Below, piece by piece: positions 11,761-24,371 of a stretch of DNA of 64,000 nucleotides (positions are counted from its first letter, which is position 1; each line of letters starts with the position of its first letter). The notes under the pieces are model-generated. The model was given only the letters and a program-made list of their open reading frames with translations, ran no database searches and was not told the origin of the DNA. Origin of the DNA: Rhina ancylostomus. Taxonomy: Eukaryota. The stretch covers positions 126,748,862 through 126,812,861 of the forward strand of contig JARFYF010000052.1 of the NCBI GenBank assembly GCA_030265395.1, in the 5' to 3' direction. The position numbers and the translations under genes were made by a program.

Positions 11761-14008
11761 GAAGTGCAATACAGTGGGAAGTTATTTTGGATGTTTGTTT
11801 CTCTCCCTTTTGGCCTTTCATGTTTAAAAGAGGGAAGCAATGTGTGGGTCATATGCAATATCAGAGTGTGGTTGGCAGTTGCAGCTTAGAATACTATTAT
11901 CTCTTGCAGGATTGTGTCATATGACTGATTGCAATCTGGGCTGCAACAATGTGGATAAAATGTTCTGGGGGCATTCTCATTGACAAAAAGCCATTGTAAG
12001 AGTGCTGACTTGCATCGTAAATTCTTTCATTAATAAAGTATCTTTATTGATGGTTTAAATTACTCTTTTCCAATTTTTTAGAGAGTTAATAGGGAGATAC
12101 TGAGATAGGTAGCATGTCCATCAGTTCAACATTCCTTCAGTACCACACTGGACGGTGCTTAAGTCTCTGGAGTAGGTATGGAACTCACAACCTTCTGAGT
12201 CATGACCAGGAGAACAATTAACTGCATCATGGCTGACATGATTAGCTAGAATGCAACAGTTCCACTCAGAACTCTGGATTAGGAGCAAGATAAAGCAGTC
12301 TGTATTCCCAATCATTTTGAAAAATCTGGTTATTGGATAACAGCAGCACCACACTCAAGGTGAAGCTGATTGTCATGAGCCAATATTTTGCTCATGCACA
12401 AACACTAGCCACTTTGAGCTTCTGGAACTTGTGGAACTATATCGCAATAAGTTTCATGAAAGTGCAACTTTAGACGAGAAGGAAGCAATAATTAATGAGA
12501 AAAATAAGATAGCTCTAGATTTGCAAACTCTAGACTTTGCAAACCTTCTGCATTCTCGTTTCCATGTGTCCAACACATATATTCTACCCTTCAATATTTT
12601 CTACAACATTCTTCTCTTACTTTGGGATGGCCTTCCTATTACATTACATTTGGTTAGGTTGCAATAAAGGTAAATTGAACTTGAACTGATATAAACAGAA
12701 GACTAAATATTCCGAAGAATGAATGGACAGGGCAAGAAGGACTCATCCATTTTACGCACCGGTGCGGTTTAAGTGTATTTTGTAGTTAATTAATACAAAA
12801 AACCTTCTGGCACTGGTATTGCTTTATAGCATATTAATAGCATATTTTCATTGTAACATTGAGCCAAGAAAAACTTAAAAGCTGGCTGGACGTACCTTGG
12901 ACCTGCTAGAAGTCAATTATATAGATAGTTAAATGTAACAATAGATCCTAATCTGTTTCATAAAGAGGCAGATGCAGACAATGAGCAGTAACAAGAAGAA
13001 TGCTTTGGGAAAATGATCACAGATNNNNNNNAAGAATAGATGCACAAAAGTTTCCATTCAGCTGTAAAAGAGCAAATTTTACTTAAATTTCTGGCAGCTT
13101 TCAGAAATGTAGTTTTCCCCCTCAGGCTCCTGTCATCTCATTTGCACATTGCTGAATGTAAGATTTCCTGTAGACAAAATTTTGAAACATGCTGGAGTTT
13201 GATTAAGAGTGGAAGTGGGGTCTATCATTAAAAAAATAAGAATTTCTAATCATAATTTCCAGTCTAGCTTTTGAATATCCTGATATTAAATAAATACAAA
13301 TGAATTTACTTGCCATGTGCTTTTTTTGTAGCTTTTCTCAGTAAATTAATTTAAACCAAAAAGAAAAATTTTAGTATTTCAGAGTACTTTCATCTAAATA
13401 GTGCATAATTCAATGAATCCACTCAAAGACCCATCAATTGGAAAACATCACTCATTGGTGATTACTCGATCTGAGACAAGTCCCATTTTCTGGTTGAACC
13501 ACCTGATATTGTGGTAATAGTTCAACTAAAGCAAATAAAACAAAGTGGGATTTATGCAGGATTTAATTCTGCACTCAAAATTTTCAGTATTTTGAACTAG
13601 TTTGACCGAGCTTCAATGAATTACAAAGGTCAAAATGGCTTAAGTTATCCCAGTCCCCAGACCATCGCATTAGATGGAATTGGGAACTTCAAGATCTGTA
13701 GAGTAGATGGTNNNNNNNNNNNNNNNNNNNNNNNNNNNNNNNNNNNNNNNNNNNNNNNNNNNNNNNNNNNNNNNNNNNNNNNNNNNNNNNNNNNNNNNNN
13801 NNNNNNNNNNNNNNNNNNNNNNNNNNNNNNNNNNNNNNNNNNNNNNNNNNNNNNNNNNNNNNNNNNNNNNNNNNNNNNNNNNNNNNNNNNNNNNNNNNNN
13901 NNNNNNNNNNNNNNNNNNNNNNNNNNNNNNNNNNNNNNNNNNNNNNNNNNNNNNNNNNNNNNNNNNNNNNNNNNNNNNNNNNNNNNNNNNNNNNNNNNNN
14001 NNNNNNNN

Positions 14009-14084
14009 ATCCTGACTCCAGTCTTGTACCAGTGTGTCACATTTGGGTTCTCTGTGAGCTTGCTCTTTGCTCAACATTGTGACA
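14009..14084 (-). mobile_element. Terminus of a young TG-initiated element (LTR-like), copy 1
   Basis: Reverse complement TGTCACAATGTTGAGCAAAGAGCAAGCTCACAGAGAACCCAAATG... matches 24462-24535 at 70/74 positions and runs into an N gap. Confidence 0.6.
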
Positions 14085-14812
14085 GAGTCTCTTGATAGAA
14101 AAAGAATGAGGAGTGATCTAATGGAAGTCTTTAAAATTGTGAAAGGTTTAGATGGAGTGGACACAATGAGAATCTTTCCACTTCTGGGGGACATCCTAAC
14201 TAGAATCCATCAATATAAAGTAGAGGCTAAGAAATCCAGCAACCTGGTTCAATCCTGACCTCTGGTGCTGTCTGCGTGAAGTTTGTACATTCTAACTGTG
14301 GCCGTATGTGTTTCCTACAGGTGCTCCCGTTTCCTCCCCCATCGCAAAAATGTACGGGCTGTTAGTAAATTGTATATTACCAGTGGTGTGTAGATTAGTG
14401 GTAGAAGTTGTGGGGAGATAATGGAAATTTGAAGAAAATAAAAGGGTTTGGAAAGGATTGGTATAAAAATGGGTGCTTCCTGGTTGGCACAGACTCAGTA
14501 AGCCAAAGGTCCTGTTTCCATGCTGTTTCCATCCCTTGATGACAGTAAATCCAATAGGGAATTCAGAAGAAACTTCTCTCCGAAAAGAATATTGAGAACG
14601 TGGAACTTGGTACTGCAGGAAGTCATGGGGGTGAATGTAACAGATCCCTTTAAAGGGAGGCAGGGGGGCTGGACCAATAAATGAAGAAGGATGGAACAGA
14701 GGGTCATGCTGATAGATTTAGAAGAGAAAATACAGAGGAAGACTTGAGTGGAGCATAAATGCCAGCATGGACAGTTTGGGCTGAATGGCCTGTTTCTGCA
14801 CTGTATTGTCAA
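14085..14812 (+). mobile_element. CR1 3' fragment with a nested V-SINE (~14239-14546)
   Basis: SLDRKRMRSDLMEVFKIVKGLDGVD (ORF 14067), interrupted by a V-SINE. CR1 resumes at aaatccaatagggaattcagaagaaacttc. AAATCCA occurs at both junctions (14232-14238, 14547-14553), a possible TSD. Confidence 0.75.
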
Positions 14813-14869
14813 CACAATCAAAGCATTTGGTCATGGTGGCAATCCACTGCACAGGACGAGAATTGACAA

Positions 14870-15540
14870 AGGTCAGTAGACAAAGTAGTGGATCTAATTC
14901 TAGTGGTGTCCCTCAAGGATCAATATTAGGATGGCTGTTAATTTTTTTTTATTTTCATTGACTGTCTTTTTGTAGATCTTGGTGATATGACCTGCAAGTT
15001 TGTGAACAATGCAAAAGTATGTGTTAGTGTAACAACTGGAGGCAATACTAAATGATTACTAACAGACTGGATGTGGTGGAGTCTGGTACTATGACAAGAA
15101 AGGATTTTCAACTTAGAAAATGACAATGGGCAAACCAAATGCTGAACTGACATCCGCCAGGGAGAGAAAACACAACCAATGGGAAAAGAAATAAATCTGT
15201 GTGTCCTATAGATTCCTCGAAGTCCTTTAAGCAAACCTCAAGATAATGTGGTGCCTGAATGTATTTATAGGATGTTGCAGAGTGAACTAACATGTCTATA
15301 TATTGTGCTCAACAATGCCCTGAGTTTAGTTTCAGTTAGAACACTGTTTCAGGTATTAGTTTCCCTATATGGTAGATGATAATGAGACTTTGAAAAGGAT
15401 ATAGAGGAGGTCATGAAATTAATTTTCAGTTTGAAGTATTTTCGCTACCAAGAAAAGCTGTAAGCACTGGGCCTCAACATTGTGGATGCATAGACTTGGG
15501 GGTGATTTGATTGAGGTTTATAAAATGATGTGTAGTAGAT
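14870..15540 (+). mobile_element. Old CR1-type RT fragment
   Basis: agtggtgtccctcaaggatcaatattagga (SGVPQGSILG), aagtttgtgaacaatgcaaaa (degenerate KFADDTK) and ggggtgatttgattgaggtttataaaat. Confidence 0.65.
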
Positions 15541-17084
15541 TTGCTGAACTCTTCTGGCCTTACTAAAAGCTAACCCCCGTGGCCTAACACGCTTGTGATT
15601 TACAATTATTTTGCAAGACTCTGGGAATTCAGGATGACTTCATCAACAAAACATCAATCTTCCTGAAAGTGACACCAATAAATACAAGTAATAAGTAGAG
15701 GAAGGTGACTTTGCTAATACAACTTGCCACCAAAGATGAGGGAGGCCCTTAAATCATCACCACTTCAGAAAGGCGTTATCCTTCTCATCAAAAATAGATC
15801 CCCAGCAAGTCTTTTTTTCGGTGTCAATAGCTGTGGATGGTGGGGTCTTGTTTAAAATTCTGCTTGAATGGGCAATTCCCTTGAGAACTGAAAAGCTATG
15901 ACAATGGAAAGTGAAAAGCAGATCCAGCAGAATCAACTTGAGGTTCAACGGATTCTTAACAGGGTAATCAGGGTAAAAGCCTTTGCTCTAAACAACTTCT
16001 TAATTAGACCTGAATAGGTGGGAGATGGAGTGGGGGGAGGATGCAGGAAGATGGGTTCTCTGTGGATGGTTGGATGGGGGAGGGTAGTGCCTGAAATAGG
16101 CTCAAACTTCATGGCCCAATGGGTGTCAATTCATTTGGAGCAAATACAAATATCAACCATGTGAAACTTTGGGATTTTTTTTTACCTTCCTGGACAAGAG
16201 ATCACCAAAACTGTAAGGTAGCCAACAGGAACTGACCTATTAGGACCAGGAATATTACAGATTGCTGCAAAAACCACCAAAGGTTGTGATGAAGCAGTCC
16301 CGTATATTCCAACATGAGGCAGCAGAAGTGGGCCTTGACTTTAACCCCACCCTTAATCCTGTCCCTCCTATCAATGAGTTTCTTCTCTCCCACCCAATTT
16401 GCCCTCACAATTGCTGGCCTACTCCCACTCAAACCCAATACTGTCCCACCCCCACAACCCCTGTTATACTCCCAGTTATAGATTTCCTCTGATTTCTCAT
16501 TTTATGTCTCTCCATCTCATTGTTTACATATTCTTATCATCTTAACTACCTTCCCCTTGCCTGACCGTCTACCCCCTCCTGTCAACTTTCTTCTGTCTTT
16601 CCATCTGCCTAGCCATATATCTATCTGAATTCTAACTACTAACCAGATCATTGGGAGGATTCGTCTTGGAGGAGTTATTGTCCTTGGCAGTGAATCAGAA
16701 ATAGACAGTTATAAGCCAATACACTTCAGTTTGAGGTGGATGTGTTATGTAATCTGCTGTTTTTATTAATCCCTTATAATTTGGAAAGAAGTATTGAGTA
16801 CATCAATATTGTGAAGAACTGGTGGCGATGTCAGAACCATGTTAATAAGCAATAGGCCATCTCTCGGAAGATCTTTAATCAATCTTCATCCTCTCTCTAT
16901 CACATAGAGATAGTTGACTCTAGAAATCCTCAATTGGCTTCAACAACAACATTAGTCATGTGTGCTAACAGAAGCAGCTGCAGTAAATTTGACTTCCCTC
17001 TGTAATAAGGTCAGTAAAAAAGATATATAATTGAAATTATGCTGTCAGTGATTTCAGGTCAAAGCTCTAGATTAAAGGAAGGGA

Positions 17085-18050
17085 GAGAAGGATAAATCAA
17101 GTAACTACAGACCAGTTAGACTAACGTCAGTCGTGGCAAATTCATAGAAACCATAACTGAAGATATTTTGTTTTGCAGCTTTAAAAGTTCATGAGTTAGT
17201 CAAAGACAGTGACAAAGATTTGTTAAAGAAAATAGTTTTAAAGAAGTGACAGGCTTGATAAGTAAAAGCAATGAAGTAACTGTTCAGAATCAATGGTTTC
17301 TAAAGTCCTAATCAAGTCCACCACAAGGCTTGTTAGAAAAATTCAGACGTGTACTATAGGAAGAAAGGCAGCAATATCGATAGAACACTGATTGACAAAG
17401 AATTAGGGTAAATAGGTCCTGCTCAGATTGGATAAGTTGGTGGTGCTGTAGCCTACTTTCTGCTGTTGAGCCCATTTTTTGCTCTTGACAAACAGGGGTT
17501 GGAATTGGGCATATAGTGGCCAATCTCATTTTTTTTAAATTGGGGCATGGTATATAATGAAGACCAAGGTAAAAGAAAATATCAAGAAGATACAAACAGG
17601 GTTAATGGACAGTCATGGAGAGGTAGTAATTTATTGGGAATGAATGTGAAGTAATATTTTAGGAGTTAAATAATGGGAACACATTCTAGATAGGGGTTAC
17701 ATTTGTATTTAAATGAAAATTTAATTGAAAGTAGATCAACTATAACAAGGCTTTCATAAATATTGGGACTTATTGGCTTTCTTTTGACAGAGTAAGGAAA
17801 TTTATTATGTTTAGGTATTTTCACTGGAGCAAAGAAGTCCGGGAGGAAATTGTAGGTTTAAAATGTTTTAGTGAACTAATGGGGAGAGTTCATTTCCTCT
17901 GGCTAGAGAGGCAGTGATGAAAGATTATCAACCTATTATTATAAATAAGGGAACAAGATTAAGTGAAATTATGCAGAGGGTTGTCAAAGATTGAATTGTT
18001 AGGGTGGGGACAAATGCTCCTTTTGATGGAAATTTGGATAAATACTTAAG
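17085..18050 (+). mobile_element. Highly decayed CR1-type LINE
   Basis: aactacagaccagttagactaacgtcagtcgtggcaaa (NYRPVRLTSVV-K) and later ttttcactggagcaaagaag (FSLEQR). Confidence 0.6.
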
Positions 18051-20299
18051 CAAATGAAGTTGTATGACTTTTTTATAACACCTTGTCAAATAAATGTCAT
18101 TACGAGCAATGGCATTCATTTGACCAGACGTTATAAAAAAATTAACCATCTTTGCTGCAAACGCCTATGGTTCTATTATTGCCTTAACAAAACCCATGCA
18201 CACTTTTCATGTCAGTAGAAATATTAGACCTGGTTTTGAATTCGTCTGGACAATAGATTGACAACAAGCAGTCCCTGTGATCAGTTGTAAAAGGTATACT
18301 AATCACAAGCAGCACATGGTACCAACAGTAGAAGAAAGCTGCAAAGGGGCTAACAAACAGTGAAGGACCCTGTCTTCATAAGATGAGTGGTTACCCACCC
18401 TGGCAAAAGACCTATCTCACATGCATTTCCAGGATGGTTGCACTCAACGTGCCACTGTGAAGTCTCCCCTGTCATCTTTGGACTGCTAAAGTTGGACCTC
18501 CTGAGTTGCACTACAATAATAAATTAATGTTTGATCATAACTAATTTAAGTCTAAAATGTTGGTCTTATTTTACAATGTTAATTAATGTCTGAGCCTAAT
18601 TTGAGAAATGCAAGTGTTTGCATTTGTCATCAGTCATATTCATTTAACATCAGACATAATTAGTGTTTAAGTAATATTAGTCCATGTACTTCCATCCAAG
18701 CAACTCAGCAGGGTGAAATCTGGCACGTTGAATCTGATCAATTATGCTGTTAACTGAAGTCCAATAGGCCATGAATATAAATTGGCCAAGAAACCCCCCT
18801 TTTTTTACAAGGCACCAAGTTTTGGTTATAAGAAATGATGTAATCACCACACTTTTTGCTTTTAACTTGTCTTAAGAGTAGTATAAAGTGCCTCTAAGTT
18901 CAGCATAAAATCTGTCCCAGTCGACATCAAGTGTGGTCTCCATGATTGGCAAAGTTATTACTCAATAGCTTCTATTTCACCTGGATCGCGTCTTATCATG
19001 TGCTGCATGTTAACTTATGGCACTCATGTCAGGTTGGATGCTATAACTATTTCTAGCCACAATCATAAGCTTAATACAAAAATATTGCGCTTATGATGGC
19101 ATTTGTTGTCGGATATCTATGTTGTCTGAGAACAGAACTTTTGGCCCAGTGTTTATGCTATGGATTTTCAACCAGAGGTGCAAACTAGAGTAAAACTGTC
19201 CAAACCCATTTAGCAAAGATCTCCGACTGGGAAAGGAACCTTTCAGCATACTTAAAATGAGAGTGAAATGAAAGAACAGCCATTGCATTACCTAATTTGG
19301 TCATTTCCAGCCAGCAGATATTAAAGCATTACTGTACTTTCACAAATAAACTTCAGTGTTCCCATTATATGTCAATTGTGGGTCAAAGGTCATCTCTTAT
19401 TTCTACACAACAAGTATTAGATCTGTAATAGTCTTTGGTAATCCGTCCAATATATAATAACTTGGACAGGCTAGAAATATTATCATAAGTGTAAGGTGAT
19501 AAAAAATTAATAGAAATTTAAATTGAATGGGAGTATTCATACTGGCCAACAAGCTTAATGTCTGGAAAAGCACATTGATCACACTATTAATGGGTGTGAG
19601 ATGCTGGTTCATAAAATAATTGAATGGCTATTGCAACAATATGAAAGGTTGTAGCTGACCCAGTTTTATCAGATGGTGAATAAATTCTGTAAAACTGTCC
19701 ACTAGATGCATGATCTCAGAGCAGAGCCTTTACAGCCAAGTATCTACACTAATCAAATCTTACAGAAAAATCTGATGGATGGCCAGAATGATTACCCAAT
19801 AATATGTTTTCTTTGTATTGTGTCGTGTTATGTTATAGTTTCAAATGAAAAGGTGGAAATCCTTATACCAATGGTAAACAATTGAGTCTTCCACAGACAT
19901 ATGGGTAAGTTAACTTGGGCTTAAAATGGGTGGCGTGGACTTGTTGGGCTGGTAGGGCCTGTTACCATGCCGTAAATAAAATTTAAAAAAAATTAAATTA
20001 AAAAAATTTAACAACATCAATACGGTTCTTGTTTTGGTGTTCTCAACCCAATTTGGGATTAATTCTTTGAGAGCTCTCAGTTTAATGTTCTCTGTCCAGT
20101 TATCATTTGGATATTTTCAAACTAGTCCCTGGTGAACCCCATGAGGTCTGTGGCACAATTTGGCAGTTTTGCTCAAATTTACAAGGGTTGGCAATATCTT
20201 GTAATTGTTGGAAGTTGTCTTTGACATTTTAAAAATAAAGTCCATGATAAAAACCACATGGGGTGGAGAAATCCTAAGNNNNNNNNCTGAGTGCAAAAA

Positions 20300-20590
20300 T
20301 TCTTCTCTTCTTGTCTTGATAGGCTGACCCATTATTCTGTCTATCTCCTTAATTCTAGACTTCTAATGAGGGAAAACAATCTGTCTGCATTGACCTTATC
20401 AATCTCTTTCAAAACCTTGTCTGTTTTATATGAGAAATCAGCACTCCTTTTTCTGAACTCTAGTGAAGGAAAGACATCCTCAATATCCTCTTTCCCAGAA
20501 ATCCATTGAGTGAACCTACACTGGATCACATCAAAGGTAAGCACATCCTTCCTTAGGTAGGAGACCAATGTTGCACAGATTGATTCAGGT
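20300..20590 (-). mobile_element. CR1-type LINE fragment
   Basis: The distal part of minus ORF 20341-20802 reads YLRKDVLTFDVIQCRFT...FPSLEFRKRSAD...LKEIDKVNADRLF. Confidence 0.7.
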
Positions 20591-20617
20591 GTAAATTCAT
20601 CAGTGTAATTGTAGAAA

Positions 20618-20790
20618 GAGCAAAAAAACAAACTGCTGGAGGAGCTCAGTAGGTGAGGCAGCATTTGTAGAGGGAAATGAACAGTCGATGTTTCAGATTG
20701 GGACCATTCATCTAATCCTGCTGACCCTCTGAGTTCCTCCAGCTGTTTGTTTTTTCTCCAGATTCCAGCACCTGCACTCTCTTTTGTCTT
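20618..20790. mobile_element. Second Penelope-terminus-derived short element with inverted arms
   Basis: aaacaaactgctggaggagctcag ... ctgagttcctccagctgtttgttt inverted arms, with a minus-strand degenerate hammerhead at ~20683-20713. Confidence 0.6.
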
Positions 20791-23700
20791 CATCTTATTC
20801 ACAGAAAGACTTCCTTACTCTTGTACTCAACCTCCTTGCAATGAAAGCCAACGTTTTGATTGCCTTCCAAATCTGCGCATTAACTTTCTTCATTTCATGC
20901 ACTGGTACATCAAAATCCCACTGTACATTGGTGTTAGCTTGTTTCCCCCCCCCCATTCAATTTATTTTGTTCTTCTATCTTTCCTCTCTTCCCATTTTCA
21001 CACATGATACTCCATTTACCAGCTTCTTGCTCACCCATTTACGTGTCTGTACTTCAATTTGCAGATTTGTTGCCTCGTCTTTACACATCAATTTGCCACC
21101 CATCATCATTAAGCTCTGTCTTTTCATCAAAGTCATAAACATTGTACTTGAATGGTATTTAATATGCACTGAAGCATTTGCCATACTTGCTCACAGACAC
21201 AAGTTGTGAAGGGACTCCTTCTGGTGGGTGACAAAGGAAAGAGGCTTAATCCTGTTACAGTCCAGAGGATCTTCCAATGCTTAGGGTGTAAGGGGTACCT
21301 CTTGTTTCCAATGCTTCTTTCTACAGGTTCACCTCCATAACTCTACTGGACCTCCCANNNNNNNNNNNNNNNNNNNNNNNNNNNNNNNNNNNNNNNNNNN
21401 NNNNNNNNNNNNNNNNNNNNNNNNNNNNNNNNNNNNNNNNNNNNNNNNNNNNNNNNNATGGAATTCATGTGCTGGACAACAAGGCATTAATGGAGCCAAA
21501 TTGAGGACCAGAACTCAGAACCATGACAGTCTCTCTCTCTCCTATTCAGTGTTATGAATAACTACTGAGGACATGCACTACTTTTGCATGTACTACATAG
21601 GGTGAAAGTAGGAATTGGGTAGATGAGGCAGTGTTGCTCTGCATTTGTAGAGAGAGGTTGCTTTGAGGACTCTGGAGACTTATTGAGAGGTAGAACAGGT
21701 CATACAGGTCAGATGAGATGATGTGAAACTGACATTATTCATAGCTGTGAAAGGAGGAAGTGGCAGGTGAACATGTGGATGTGGCACAATGTACCATTCA
21801 GAGTGGTGGTAAAGAGCAGGGTGAAGATACTTTGTAAATGGTGGTAAATGAGGACTTCTACTGAACTAGTAAAGACTTTAAAATATTTCCTAGCTTTTCT
21901 TCAGATCCCTGACACATCTACTGCTCACTTCCTCAGCCATCTCTATCCAGGTCATCTCCAATGAGACTTCAGGTTTCTTCATCCACTTGTGGAGAAAAGC
22001 ACACCCTCTTTGCTCTCTGTGCTATTTGAAAGACCCGTAGAAAAGCTTTGGAGTATCTGGAATCATCTTCCTTCTCTTTCACATTAATGATCCTGGCCAA
22101 TCTTTCTGAGTTGAAATAATCCAACTCCTGTCTAAATACTGGTTCCTTCGAAGAAATGGACCAACGGACGTTACATGATGGTTGGTTTTCCAAGCTGTGT
22201 CATGTAGAATGCTCTGATTCATCTGAGAAACACAGGACAATATTTGAGTATTAAAACATTGACCTGGGTCTTCATGTCATGGATTGCAAGCTCTGTTTAT
22301 ACTTCAGTTAAAATTGGGAGTTGTATCATAAAAAGGTTCCACTATTCAAAAGACATTCACTATAATAAGCAGAGATCTGCCAAAAAGTGCAGTTATATAA
22401 TTAGAAACCAAGCAGATTTGCATGTCAGATACTTTTACATACATTAAGAATATCTTAGTACAATAATGCTGGTGAAAGTAGACTTTTTAAAAGATGCAGT
22501 CGTTACTATGAAGATTCACATATCACAAATCATTTGTATTTCTGTCTTATTTTCTTTCAAAACTCCAACAGTGTTGATAATTTTACCACTGTCCAAGTTC
22601 TTACATTTAATATGCTTCTAACCCCTTAAGTAAACACGGTGCACTATTGAAATCTGAGGGGAACATGCAATGGAAAAATGGAGGCTTCGTGATTTGGTGT
22701 GCTAGTGCCCAGTTTTCCCAAAGTAAATAGGTGCTCATTGAATAGGTCAGCTGCAAACATTAACCTAAAGAACCATTTTCTCAACTCAGGGAATGGTGCA
22801 TGAGAATCATGTTCTTGATAAACTCATTCAGCATCTAATATCATGCTCCAGTTTATCTATTGGGAACCTCTTCAAAGAAATCCATGTCTTTTTAAAATTT
22901 AATGTCACAATAATGAGTGGAAATTGTTTACATTAGTAGATACTATGTACTAGATATAGTGCTGTGTTTGCATTAAAATTCCTTACTTATGTAGAGATAG
23001 TGAATAACTAATGAAAGAATTTTACAGTATATGATATGATAATCACAAATTTACTTTCCATTAAATGCCAGAAGTCAATGGTTTTTTTCTGCTTAATTTC
23101 AGATACATATTTGTAACATTGTTGTAGATAATGAACTAATTTTTGAACAGTATTTGACATGAAAGTAGTTTTGCTTGGTTTGGTTAATCAGATGTGAATA
23201 AAAGACTAGATTCTCTAAGGATATTGATCACATTATTTTCCTAGGTAATTGCATCTTGAAAATTTTGCATTAGGAACCTTCTAATCATATTTGGTTACAG
23301 TTCAATAGGATGCTCTCTATTTTAGGAACTACTGAAAGAATACTGAAAGACTTTTAAAAGGTGAACTGAGTTCTTTGGTCTACCACTGAGGTTTTTTTTC
23401 CTACTTACTTTATGTTGACAGTTATTGGAACATAGAATCCACTCTAACCAGTCATTGTCTGTCAGAAATTGCTCTACTCTTCTTGATAATCATTTTCATC
23501 AACTTGATTGCATCCTATCTTGTGTCATCTGGTGTACCCAAGGATTAGAAGGATGTATTCCAATTTACTGTTTGAAACATTTATCCCACAGTGGGCAGCG
23601 CCAAATGCCTAATTCTATGACTCTGGATTAATTTTATCTGTCCCTCACTGTTGACAAAACTTTCAATTAATTCTGCCTCTGCTCCACTCTTGGAGCTCCC

Positions 23701-24371
23701 TTCAAAGTCAGTTGATGTTTGCCTTCTTTCAGAAGCTTTCTTGAAGCTGCTTCTTTGATGGTCCTTTTATTTTAGCTTGACCTCCTTTAAACCTTTCATT
23801 GCCTGCTTGGCAACCCCTTTCACTCCAGAACTCTACATTGAGATACTCAAAGTGAGGCAGGCAATATAAATACAAGTTAGTATGGGCATTTGACAATATA
23901 GCTGACTACTCATGCCCCATTATAACACATTGCTAAAATAGATTATCTGGTCATTATATCAACAGCAAATACGTCACCTGCATTTTCTCTCTAAATCTAT
24001 TTGACTCTTCACCTTTCCTACTTCTTTCAAGATGCTTCAAGCATTTAGCCACCTATCGTAATGTTTCTTCGCCTTAGTATCAACATCAATCACCTTTGAA
24101 GTACCAAGAATGAATGTGCTATTTTTAAAGACTTAGTAATGCACAAAATTAGCTACATACTATCTCCAAATCAAACAGTTCAACATGCTTCATTTACTGT
24201 AAAGTCTCGTGTGATGTCCTGAGACCAAGTAAAAGCTTTCTCTTTCCTTCTGCCATGGTGACTGGGATAATAAACATTACCTTGCCAATATCAGTGACAT
24301 CCTAAAAAACAATGTTACTAAAATTAGTGCAGTGCAGTACAGGATGTGAAGTTGCAGCTTCCAACAACTAA

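Noticed and set aside
13616-14194. Long ORFs spanning N gaps (also ~6515, 24346, 29020, 37623, 40966, 57126)
   Set aside because: They stay open only because N codons contain no stops.
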